Shown piece after piece: positions 55,444 through 63,433 of a DNA stretch of 63,433 nucleotides. The stretch comes from a virus. Lineage: Duplodnaviria > Caudoviricetes. The translations under genes and the position numbers were made by a program. The notes beneath the pieces were generated by a model that had not been told where the DNA came from, ran no database searches, and worked only from the letters and a program-made list of their open reading frames with translations. Location: the IMG/VR virus record IMGVR_UViG_3300044609_000580, positions 1 to 63,433 of that record. One strand, 5' to 3'. The number at the start of each line of letters is the position of its first letter. Positions within the stretch are counted from its first letter, which is position 1.

Positions 55444-56196
55444 TTAATTATGTTTTTCTTCATAATCTAACCGAGCAAGGATATATTCCTTGACAAGTTT
55501 CGATCTGACAATATCATTCACGGAAAACTCGACCGTCTTAAACGAGGGCATCATATTAGCGATTGCAATAAACTTTTGCAATCCTGACATATCGTTCTTT
55601 TTATTTAGGTCGGTTTGACGGAAGTCTCCACAGAAGATAATCTTGGAGTTCTTACCGATACGAGTCATAATAGAGTTGAGTTCCATGTCAGTCATGTTCT
55701 GACATTCGTCAACGATGATCACTGAATTATCAAGTGTGATACCACGCACGAACGAGGTGATTAGGAAATGAACGGTCTTTTGCTCCTGCAGACGCAGGAA
55801 TGGTTGGATGTGATTAAGTAAGTCATCACATATCTCAACATAAGGTAAAGTATAGACCTCTGTTTTTTCCTTCTCGTCACCTGGAAGGTGTCCGATATCT
55901 CTTGATGGTACTGCTGAACGAACAACAACAAGACGTTCATAATCTGTTGTTGGGTCCAGAACTTCTTCAAGTGCTTTATACATGGAAATAAAAGTTTTTC
56001 CTGTTCCTGCTACACCATGTAGTAGCATTGCAGTGGACTGTTGATTGTAAAGATCGAAGAAGAGTCGTTGATTCTGTGTTTTTGGTTGAATGTGTTTTAG
56101 ATCTTCGTATTTAACTTTGCACAGTTTACTCTTTTCAATAGTTACCTTTGGTTCAGAATTCGTTACAACTTGGAGATTGTTTTTTCTTCTTGTCAT
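55444..56196 (-). CDS. phoH: PhoH-family ATPase
   Basis: GVAGTGKT, RDIGHLPG, RGITLDN, DECQN, GDFRQTDL and DIVRS motifs. Confidence 0.95.
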   Translation of the reverse strand: MTRRKNNLQVVTNSEPKVTIEKSKLCKVKYEDLKHIQPKTQNQRLFFDLYNQQSTAMLLHGVAGTGKTFISMYKALEEVLDPTTDYERLVVVRSAVPSRDIGHLPGDEKEKTEVYTLPYVEICDDLLNHIQPFLRLQEQKTVHFLITSFVRGITLDNSVIIVDECQNMTDMELNSIMTRIGKNSKIIFCGDFRQTDLNKKNDMSGLQKFIAIANMMPSFKTVEFSVNDIVRSKLVKEYILARLDYEEKHN

Positions 56197-56228
56197 GAAC
56201 AGTCCTTATTCTTATCTAGAGTGAATAC

Positions 56229-56265
56229 AAAAAAGGCGACTCCACGAAAAGTGGGGTCGCCCTTT
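56229..56265 (-). terminator. Intrinsic terminator in the phoH leader
   Basis: GGCGAC-C-CCAC-TTTTC-GTGG-A-GTCGCC followed by TTTTTT. Confidence 0.78.
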
Positions 56266-56266
56266 G

Positions 56267-56323
56267 TTACCGAAGAAGTTCGGTATCTGAAATTGGAATG
56301 GGGATACTATTTTTTAATCTCAT
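56267..56323 (-). CDS. Candidate leaderless leader peptide MRLKNSIPIPISDTELLR
   Basis: ATG exactly 5 nt after AATAAATA (56329-56336); stop lies a few nt before the terminator stem. Confidence 0.5.
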   Translation of the reverse strand: MRLKNSIPIPISDTELLR

Positions 56324-56334
56324 ACAGGTATTTA

Positions 56335-56877
56335 TTAAACTGCGTCGCTCCACCACTCTGGAATAGGACGATTTTTCCATTTTGCCATATTATTTTTTGC
56401 ACCGAGATAATAGTTACGATAAGACTGCAAGGAATCGCCTGATACCTTGTATTCGTCTGGCATAGCAGGAGTAGGTTGCGTCAAATAATCAACAGGAATA
56501 TTAACAGGAGGTTTACGTAACCAATAGACTAGACGATTGCAAGAATGCATCTTGCCGTATCGATGAGTGTATTCCATAAGAAGGGACTGGAATAGACACA
56601 TAAGCCAAGTATAATTATTGTTAGACTGGCGAACCCAGACAGCACTCGGATGATTGATGTGTGTTGCCTTGTATAATTGTGCCTCAAGAGAAGTATCCTC
56701 TAATCGCCAACGTTTGATTTTTCGTCCACTGGAAGCATCAATATATTCTTTACCATCAAGAACACGATGTGCTGTTGAAAGTAATTGGGCATACTCTAGA
56801 ATCATCTTGACAACATGCTTGTCGTTATGGTACTCTGCGCATTTGGTGACATTACTGTCAAGGTAAAAAATATTCAT
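56335..56877 (-). CDS. Pyrimidine-dimer DNA glycosylase (DenV-related) family protein
   Basis: MNIFYLD...DKHVVKMILEYAQLLSTAH, HINHPSAVWVR, EYTHRYGKMH and AMPDEYK motifs. Confidence 0.8.
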   Translation of the reverse strand: MNIFYLDSNVTKCAEYHNDKHVVKMILEYAQLLSTAHRVLDGKEYIDASSGRKIKRWRLEDTSLEAQLYKATHINHPSAVWVRQSNNNYTWLMCLFQSLLMEYTHRYGKMHSCNRLVYWLRKPPVNIPVDYLTQPTPAMPDEYKVSGDSLQSYRNYYLGAKNNMAKWKNRPIPEWWSDAV

Positions 56878-56883
56878 AATATA

Positions 56884-57171
56884 TTAGTTCTCAATTGTAA
56901 AGGGAATTTCCTCGATTGACTTTCGAATGCATTCGATATGTGCTTTCGTAGTATTAGAAATATACTCTGATTCAAGCGAAAAGTCAATACATTTTATGAC
57001 ATCGACGGGATCCATTTTGATCAGATCGTCAATAATTACACGATTATCTGTTTCGCCGAATGCGTTTACGCAGAATAAAACAACATCAATGTCCATATCC
57101 GAATATAATGGTATTCGGTATAACCGCTTTCCGTTAACAAACTTATCAGGGAATTTTAGAATATCCGCCAT
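56884..57171 (-). CDS. Hypothetical protein, probably leaderless
   Basis: AATAAATA (57177-57184)-GTCAT-ATG; begins MADILKFP. Confidence 0.65.
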   Translation of the reverse strand: MADILKFPDKFVNGKRLYRIPLYSDMDIDVVLFCVNAFGETDNRVIIDDLIKMDPVDVIKCIDFSLESEYISNTTKAHIECIRKSIEEIPFTIEN

Positions 57172-57182
57172 ATGACTATTTA

Positions 57183-58607
57183 TTAAAAGACCTTCACTTT
57201 ATAAATGCCCTGAAACATAGCAGCATCTTTCTCGTCATTTACCATGGGAAATCCCTTGATGTTGAGACTAGTATTCAGTAACATCGGGCAACCTGTTTCT
57301 TCGTGCCACCGTGTCAACAACTCAAACAATCCTGGATGTTGCTGCTTGTTTACAGTTTGGACGCGAGATGTGCCATCAGTGTGAATGATAGCAGGGAACT
57401 TTGTAGGAAATTTGCATCTTGCAGTAAACTGCATGTAAGGGGATACTTCAACTGGCATGTCAAAATACTCTGCTGCATATTGCTCAAGGATGACTGGGGC
57501 AAAGGGTCTAAACTTTTGTCTGCGTTTGATGGCATTTACTTTATCCTTAATATCTTTTCTAGTAGGATCAGCGAGCAGACTTCGATTACCAAATGCTCTC
57601 GGACCAAACTCTGCTCTCCCACTAGCAACTCCAACTATACCCTCTTTACGCAAAGAAGTCAATAGATTTTCTACGGGATATTCGGTTTCAATATTCTCGC
57701 CGAGATATGGACCTTGCCAGTTTAGTTTTCTGCGGTTGTTTGCAGCAATAGCACCAAGAGAACTACCAGCGTCTCCTGGGTTAGGAATAATCCAGACATT
57801 ATCGAAATATTTTTTCGCAATATGATTTGCAGAGCAATTAAGTGCGCAACCCCCTGATAATACTAGATTATTTTGTGCTGGATCATTTTTCTTTGCGCGA
57901 TATAGAAGTTTATCAAATTCTTCTTCATATATCTTTTGCGCCGATGCGGCAAGATCGTAGTGATCAGGATCTTCTTTTTTCAACCACCACTTACAACCAC
58001 GATGTAGATTTACTCGCTCATAGAGTTCGCGCATATCCCAATAGTGCTTGTCAGGATTACCATACGCCGCCATACCCATGAGGATATATTCATCTTCGTT
58101 TGGTTTCAATCCAACTCTGTCTGTTATAGCAGAATAAAATAATCCAAGAGATTTCGGATAATCCATACTCCACCTCTTCTTCATCTTCTCCCCATCACAC
58201 AACCAAATAGATGCTGTGTCAAATTCACCGATAGCATCGATCACAAGAGCAGTTGCCGAATCGAAAGTAGAAGTATAGAAACCTGCAGCAGCATGCGACT
58301 CGTGGTGTGAAGCAAATTCGACTGGAACTTCGAGGCCGAATTCTTTGAGATATTGCCTCACACTAAAGCGAACAATTCCTTGTCCTGATAGTAGTCTGCG
58401 CATTCCTCGAAGTTTTGGTTTTTCATACCAATGAATCTTTTCTGGTTTGCCGAACTTCAATGCTGCATTGATCAGATCGTCATTTAGATGCTTGTCATTT
58501 TTGATTCCGCTATACCGTTCTGCGTGCGAAGCAAATAAAATTCGTTCACCATGCACTACAGTAAGAGCAGCATCATGTGCTGCGGCAGATATTCCCCATT
58601 CAATCAT
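57183..58607 (-). CDS. Carbamoyltransferase (NodU/CmcH family)
   Basis: HDAA, ERYSGIKND, HHESHAAAG, DAIGE, EYILMGMAAYG, GGCALN, EFGPRAFGNRS, RPFAP and LNTSLN motifs. Confidence 0.95.
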   Translation of the reverse strand: MIEWGISAAAHDAALTVVHGERILFASHAERYSGIKNDKHLNDDLINAALKFGKPEKIHWYEKPKLRGMRRLLSGQGIVRFSVRQYLKEFGLEVPVEFASHHESHAAAGFYTSTFDSATALVIDAIGEFDTASIWLCDGEKMKKRWSMDYPKSLGLFYSAITDRVGLKPNEDEYILMGMAAYGNPDKHYWDMRELYERVNLHRGCKWWLKKEDPDHYDLAASAQKIYEEEFDKLLYRAKKNDPAQNNLVLSGGCALNCSANHIAKKYFDNVWIIPNPGDAGSSLGAIAANNRRKLNWQGPYLGENIETEYPVENLLTSLRKEGIVGVASGRAEFGPRAFGNRSLLADPTRKDIKDKVNAIKRRQKFRPFAPVILEQYAAEYFDMPVEVSPYMQFTARCKFPTKFPAIIHTDGTSRVQTVNKQQHPGLFELLTRWHEETGCPMLLNTSLNIKGFPMVNDEKDAAMFQGIYKVKVF

Positions 58608-59409
58608 CTAACATTTCAATCCAATTAACAACCAACCAAGCAAATTGTTTTTGGAATTGTATCTTTGGATGTCCATATCCATGAGTACTTTTTTCTGGAT
58701 GTATGTGACTATAGAGTTGACCCATTCCATATTTTTCGTTCAGCAAAGCAGGAAATTTCATAGATTCTATGGTTTTCATAAACTCTTTTCTCAATTTATT
58801 ATTTCCTGCAACAAAATCTTTTTCGTGTGAAAATGGACTAATTGCATGTATCAGTTTAATATTTGGATGTCTATCAGCAAGCATTTGTAGGTAATTCAAA
58901 CAAAGATAATATTGCCAAATAATGTTATATTCATGAACATAATTCTCGACCAATGATTCATTAAATTTGAGAAATCTGCCCTTAGCTCCAAAGGCCTTTG
59001 TAAAAACCCAAGATAATTCATTCCCCTTCTCGTCAAATTGAAACCAACGGTACATACTAGACAATCCAATAATTACTAGGTCATCAGGGTCTATAAGATT
59101 ATTTGCCAAGTCTCGTTCGACGCGATATAGCATCTGTTGAATTGATCCACCAGGTCTGGCACGATTTGAGTATGGAACTCCATAATAATCTGCGAACCAT
59201 CGCGGCCAAGCAAGAGTTTTATTTATTTCTAGGACTTCATCTGTTCTTGAGCGCAAGTTTCCATATAAATCTTCCCTTGAAATTCCTGCCCGTTTAAGAG
59301 CATCAACTTCTTCCTCAGGAATACCTAGAACCTGCGAATCTGCCAATTCATCACCAGCAGTAAAACTACACCCGTAAGCAACAAGACGTTTATATTTTCC
59401 CCTAATCAT
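58600..59409 (-). CDS. SGNH-like hypothetical protein
   Basis: YGCSFTAGDEL, NRARPGGS and C-terminal GHP motifs. Confidence 0.65.
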   Translation of the reverse strand: MIRGKYKRLVAYGCSFTAGDELADSQVLGIPEEEVDALKRAGISREDLYGNLRSRTDEVLEINKTLAWPRWFADYYGVPYSNRARPGGSIQQMLYRVERDLANNLIDPDDLVIIGLSSMYRWFQFDEKGNELSWVFTKAFGAKGRFLKFNESLVENYVHEYNIIWQYYLCLNYLQMLADRHPNIKLIHAISPFSHEKDFVAGNNKLRKEFMKTIESMKFPALLNEKYGMGQLYSHIHPEKSTHGYGHPKIQFQKQFAWLVVNWIEMLDD

Positions 59410-59503
59410 AGATGAACGGGTCTCTCTTTGACAATTCTTTAAATCTTTTCTTCAATTTCCGACGATGCCACCAGTTATAGATTTTATCAATTAAATTTCG
59501 CAT
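59402..59503 (-). CDS. 33-aa basic peptide ending RDPFIYD, not in the ORF track
   Basis: MRNLIDKIYNWWHRRKLKKRFKELSKRDPFIYD; overlaps both neighbours and fills the gap. Confidence 0.75.
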   Translation of the reverse strand: MRNLIDKIYNWWHRRKLKKRFKELSKRDPFIYD

Positions 59504-60651
59504 AATAGTTCCCCGAACTCTTTAAACGTAGAAAAATAATTCTGTTTACGATACTTATCATGTAGTATTACCTTTTCTATAAATTTTGTTTGCATATCGT
59601 CAGTAGAACTACTCATATAATTTATTATTGCTTGCATATCTTGATTTAGCGAAAGATTGTTGTTTAGTTTTTCTATAACGTGTTCTTTTACTCTTTGACT
59701 TAAATGGCACACAGAATATACAGATGGATGATATAATATATTCAACCAAACATTAATTCCAATATTGTTGAAATATTCTAAGTACTCTGGAAGATAGTAA
59801 ACATTCAACGAACTAACTGTCATACAAATTTGCAAGTCACCTGAAAAACTCTCTCGAAATTTATGAATATTTGCAAGTACTGCTTCCCATTGCGCAGGAT
59901 ATCGTTGATATTCAAATTGCTCTTCGATTCCATCAATACTGATCATAATATCAACTTCTTTGAAATGCGGCCAAATATTATTTACCGCATCTTCCGGAAA
60001 AATAGTTCCATTTGTGTTGTAGTGGATTCTCTGGTTTTTACTATAACCCTTGTCAATACTTTTCTTCAATACTGAAAAGTGATTTGATATTAAAAATGGT
60101 TCGCCACCATAAATTTCAAATAATTCTACTTTTTCGAGATGAGAATCAAGATCATCCCAAAAGGCAGGATTGTTTTCAGGCCACTGCATCACACTTCGTT
60201 TATCTGAGTTGACCATACGAGCAATACTACTTACTACATCTGATCCATAGAGATCTTTATGTTCTTTCAACCAATTGCTCGAACTTCCTGGACTACAAAT
60301 CCTACACTTCAAATTACAAGTATTGCCCAGTTTTAAGTCAAGAAATTTCAAAGATGGTGTAGTATCTACGCCCCACCGACGATTCTCTCGGATTCTCTTG
60401 CTCTCTTTCCCAAGATCTTCCTCTTTCCAGCAAGATTCACACGCAGTAGGTTTTTTGCCACCAATCAAATTCTCGCGCAGCGTTTCAATAGATTTAGAAT
60501 TCCAAACTTCACTTAATGTGTCTTTACTTAGAGTATAATATGTGCCATCTTCTTTGCGATAGAATTCTTGACTCATACAACAAGGCGCAATGAAACTATC
60601 TGATCTTGCTTCAAGATGGATAAATGGCAAGATACAAAAGGTTTCACTCAT
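59491..60651 (-). CDS. Radical SAM protein with N-terminal twitch/SPASM-like domain
   Basis: FCILPF...PCC...CESCW; CNLKCRIC; YGGEPF; YNTNGT. Confidence 0.92.
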   Translation of the reverse strand: MSETFCILPFIHLEARSDSFIAPCCMSQEFYRKEDGTYYTLSKDTLSEVWNSKSIETLRENLIGGKKPTACESCWKEEDLGKESKRIRENRRWGVDTTPSLKFLDLKLGNTCNLKCRICSPGSSSNWLKEHKDLYGSDVVSSIARMVNSDKRSVMQWPENNPAFWDDLDSHLEKVELFEIYGGEPFLISNHFSVLKKSIDKGYSKNQRIHYNTNGTIFPEDAVNNIWPHFKEVDIMISIDGIEEQFEYQRYPAQWEAVLANIHKFRESFSGDLQICMTVSSLNVYYLPEYLEYFNNIGINVWLNILYHPSVYSVCHLSQRVKEHVIEKLNNNLSLNQDMQAIINYMSSSTDDMQTKFIEKVILHDKYRKQNYFSTFKEFGELLCEI

Positions 60652-61861
60652 CGAACAAAAACTTCAATTCTGGAAAGATTTCCACAAAAGATTCAGATCT
60701 AAGTCTATCCATAGTGCGAGTCAAATTTTTAAATGCCGAAAGATTTTTCGGTTCTTCCTCGTTTGTGATATAATTGATTGCAAGTTGCCATCTATCTCGC
60801 ATAATACTTCCGCACAATTTATTTGATATAAGATAATCTAATTTCTGTTTATATTTCTCAGCAATTTGTAATCTATACTCGATCGGAATGCAGGATGGTT
60901 TATACCAGACAGGGTTTGTTAAAATATTAATATTCAATCCATCAGGATGAATGAATTTATTATCAACCATATATTCATAGTACTCGACCAGTGTAGAAAA
61001 ATTGAATATGCTCAATGTTAATCCAATGTCGAGACGAACATGCGGGCAGCGTTGTTTAACCTCTCTAAAGTTCTGTTCAACAATATCCCATCGCAAATCT
61101 TTGCGCATATATTCTGCTCGAGACCCCCAAGAATCCAACGAAGCGCAAACAGTCACATTCCTAAACTGTTTCCAGTAATCTAATACATTTTTATCTTTAT
61201 ATTTCAGAGAAGTAAAATTGGTGTTGTATAATAAAACAACATCTGTTCTTCCGTTTTCTATTAGCATATCTAATAGTCTGTAGTGTTCTTCCATAATAAG
61301 AGGTTCGCCACCAGCGAAATAGATTCGTTCGATTGTAGGGAAAATTTCATCAATCTGGTCCCAGAAAATTGTTGGATTAATGTCTGGTTTAATAACCTTC
61401 GAATATTTTTCAACAGTGGACGGATTTAGTTTCGCATGATCAGATGCCCATTTACTACTAAGATCTGGACCACATGTTCTACAGCGCAAGTTGCAGAAAT
61501 TGCTAAAACGAAAGTCAACATATGGCATGTTTAGACGATCCAAACTTCCATCTGGATTCGTTTCTTCTAATATGTCCATGTGATGTTTGAAAGTAATGTT
61601 ATGATCAATTCGTAAACTGCGTCCACCATTTGCTTCGATCTCATAACAACGAACACATTCAGGAACATGCTTGTTTTCAAGCATTAATAGTCTGTTTCTT
61701 TTCATTTGTTCTGAATTCCACAGATCTTTGAGAGTTGTCTCGTCTGACAGAACTCCTATGGGTTTGTCTGGATCTGCGCCACAACACATATACGCATTGC
61801 CGTTCGGCCACGTATGCATGTGCGTCCAAGGTATTAAACAAAAATGTTTATTGTCCATCAT
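60644..61861 (-). CDS. Radical SAM protein with N-terminal twitch/SPASM-like domain
   Basis: FCLIPW...MCC...CVRCY; CNLRCRTC; AGGEPL; YNTN. Confidence 0.92.
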   Translation of the reverse strand: MMDNKHFCLIPWTHMHTWPNGNAYMCCGADPDKPIGVLSDETTLKDLWNSEQMKRNRLLMLENKHVPECVRCYEIEANGGRSLRIDHNITFKHHMDILEETNPDGSLDRLNMPYVDFRFSNFCNLRCRTCGPDLSSKWASDHAKLNPSTVEKYSKVIKPDINPTIFWDQIDEIFPTIERIYFAGGEPLIMEEHYRLLDMLIENGRTDVVLLYNTNFTSLKYKDKNVLDYWKQFRNVTVCASLDSWGSRAEYMRKDLRWDIVEQNFREVKQRCPHVRLDIGLTLSIFNFSTLVEYYEYMVDNKFIHPDGLNINILTNPVWYKPSCIPIEYRLQIAEKYKQKLDYLISNKLCGSIMRDRWQLAINYITNEEEPKNLSAFKNLTRTMDRLRSESFVEIFPELKFLFDE

Positions 61862-63044
61862 AGTTAATCGCCGCTGCTAGTTCTGGGAATATGTCCGAAA
61901 ATTTTGTTTTGCGCATAAGATCAAGTTTTCTGTTGTATGCAATAAATTGCTTAAATTGAGTTTCGTTTCTTGGTTTCATGAGAGTTTGTTCAATATTATT
62001 TCGTTCATAATCTGGCATAGACTTACAATTATCAATAATTGTTTTCTTCACATCATCTGGTAAATTCCAAGGACTTAAGAATGCGGGATCGTAACACCAG
62101 TTATGGTGAATACGATAATCTTTAAAGAAATTATAAAATTTATCAACATAGAAAATATTGTAAATACTCAATGTTTGACAAATACTCAGATCAATTGTTT
62201 CTGTGAGTTTAAGTTTTGATAAATTGAATACAATATCTGCCCATTGACTGCCTGAACGAATATAATCGTTTCTTTTAAACAGGTCATCGATACTGGCAGT
62301 AACAGTAATTGATTTAAATTTGCCCCATATATTAATCAACTCGTGCGGAAGATTAGTAACATTTATATTATACCACAGGTCAATATTGCTCGCACGACCA
62401 GAATCAATTAGATTATGAAGAAACGCAAAATGTTTTTCTACTAAAGTCGGTTCACCGCCATTGACATAAATTCGTTTCAGGTTTGGAGAATTATTTAATA
62501 ATTCTCCCCAGAATCTATCCAGTTCAAACCAAACTCCAGATTCTACGTTAGAATAGTCTGTAACGAAATCAAGTTCTTTGCTAAGTTCTGCATGTTCTAC
62601 GACCCATTTACTACTAGAAACTGGATTACAAGTTCTGCATTTTAAATTACAAACATTACCAAGGCGCAACTCGATAAACTGAAAATCCATATTATCAATG
62701 TGACCGTCTGGGTTCATGGAATTTATCACCTCCATGGAAGATGCTAGATATCTCTCGTTTTCTTCGAGTCTCTTACTTTTTATACCAGATCGCTCTTCGT
62801 CGTAGCAGCGTTTACATGCATCAGGTTCTTTGCCAGCAAGCATATCCAATCTGACTTGTGTATATGTTTCGCTATTGTGCATTTCGCGAATTGAAACATC
62901 ATTCAATGAGATAGATTTACCCCCTCGCTTGGCATGACTTGCACAATTTGTATGGTCGCTGATGCAACAAAAACTAGTGTGTCCGTTGGGATGAGTCGCT
63001 AGATGCGTAAATGGTAACGAACAAACCTTAGATAAATTTGTCAA
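61848..63044 (-). CDS. Radical SAM protein with N-terminal twitch/SPASM-like domain
   Basis: VCSLPF...FCC...CKRCY; CNLKCRTC; NGGEPT. Confidence 0.92.
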   Translation of the reverse strand: MTNLSKVCSLPFTHLATHPNGHTSFCCISDHTNCASHAKRGGKSISLNDVSIREMHNSETYTQVRLDMLAGKEPDACKRCYDEERSGIKSKRLEENERYLASSMEVINSMNPDGHIDNMDFQFIELRLGNVCNLKCRTCNPVSSSKWVVEHAELSKELDFVTDYSNVESGVWFELDRFWGELLNNSPNLKRIYVNGGEPTLVEKHFAFLHNLIDSGRASNIDLWYNINVTNLPHELINIWGKFKSITVTASIDDLFKRNDYIRSGSQWADIVFNLSKLKLTETIDLSICQTLSIYNIFYVDKFYNFFKDYRIHHNWCYDPAFLSPWNLPDDVKKTIIDNCKSMPDYERNNIEQTLMKPRNETQFKQFIAYNRKLDLMRKTKFSDIFPELAAAINYDGQ

Positions 63045-63433
63045 AACTTTTCTCCATCCATGGATATACTCTTCTCCAACTTTGTCCCCTTCGCTGGTCT
63101 AGTCTGTTTAAGTAGTTTTTTAGTCGCTGTAATTTTTCAGAATCAGGTTCTGTTGAAATGATCATATTACCAAAACCAGCAATATATGCTGCCGCATCTT
63201 TCCAAGGACTTTTGGCGAGAGAATCATTTAATTTATCTATAAACGGTTTTAATTCAGAACCGAAAATAGCAGGATCCATGAATGATGGTACCGCAACAAC
63301 ATTTGCACCATAATTAATATTTTTGATCTTGGACCATTCTACGAGTTTGTCAACAAAAACATATGCTGTTGGTAAAGTCACAGAGGACAGTGTTGCCTGT
63401 ATATTAATTCGAACATTCTTACTTTTCAATAGA
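63028..63433 (-). CDS. C-terminal part of a probable fourth radical SAM paralog (cut by the window edge)
   Basis: Ends LDQRRGQSWRRVYPWM, like the LDLMRKTKFSDIFPEL ends of the neighbours. Confidence 0.65.
   Translation of the reverse strand, partial: LLKSKNVRINIQATLSSVTLPTAYVFVDKLVEWSKIKNINYGANVVAVPSFMDPAIFGSELKPFIDKLNDSLAKSPWKDAAAYIAGFGNMIISTEPDSEKLQRLKNYLNRLDQRRGQSWRRVYPWMEKSFDKFI

Noticed and set aside
1-63433. Stop-codon reassignment or restriction-site avoidance
   Set aside because: Core genes translate full-length with the standard code; k-mer depletion cannot be judged reliably by eye and needs an observed/expected count

Overview
A 63 kb segment of a T4-like (myovirus) phage genome. 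1-50.2 kb is the virion morphogenesis block (portal 5' end, g19, g18, g17, g16, g15, g14, g13, a cassette of fibre-like genes, a VrlC/DUF4815-type giant protein, baseplate g8, g7, g6, g25, a split g5, g53, g48, then g4, g2, g54, g26, g51 and a tape-measure-like gene). An island of five GT-A-like glycosyltransferases, a methyltransferase-like gene and an oxygenase-like gene is inserted in this block, next to two paralogous proteins built from N/T-Y/F-x-G tetrapeptide repeats. 50.3-63.4 kb carries g32, g59, g33, a cell-wall hydrolase, a complete circularly permuted two-piece tmRNA gene (tag ANDNVAFAGYALAA, pointing to an alphaproteobacterial host), a TauD-like oxygenase, an exonuclease, phoH, a carbamoyltransferase and four tandem radical SAM genes (the last cut by the window edge). 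Main signals read by eye: the permuted tmRNA; a T-TTT-TTC -1 slippery site joining g26 to g51 directly upstream of the tape-measure gene; two units of 'late promoter, leaderless mini-ORF, terminator' in front of the hydrolase and phoH genes; and a possible virion-fibre glycosylation system with mirror-symmetric repeat proteins. All product calls come from motif recognition and synteny; no database searches were run.
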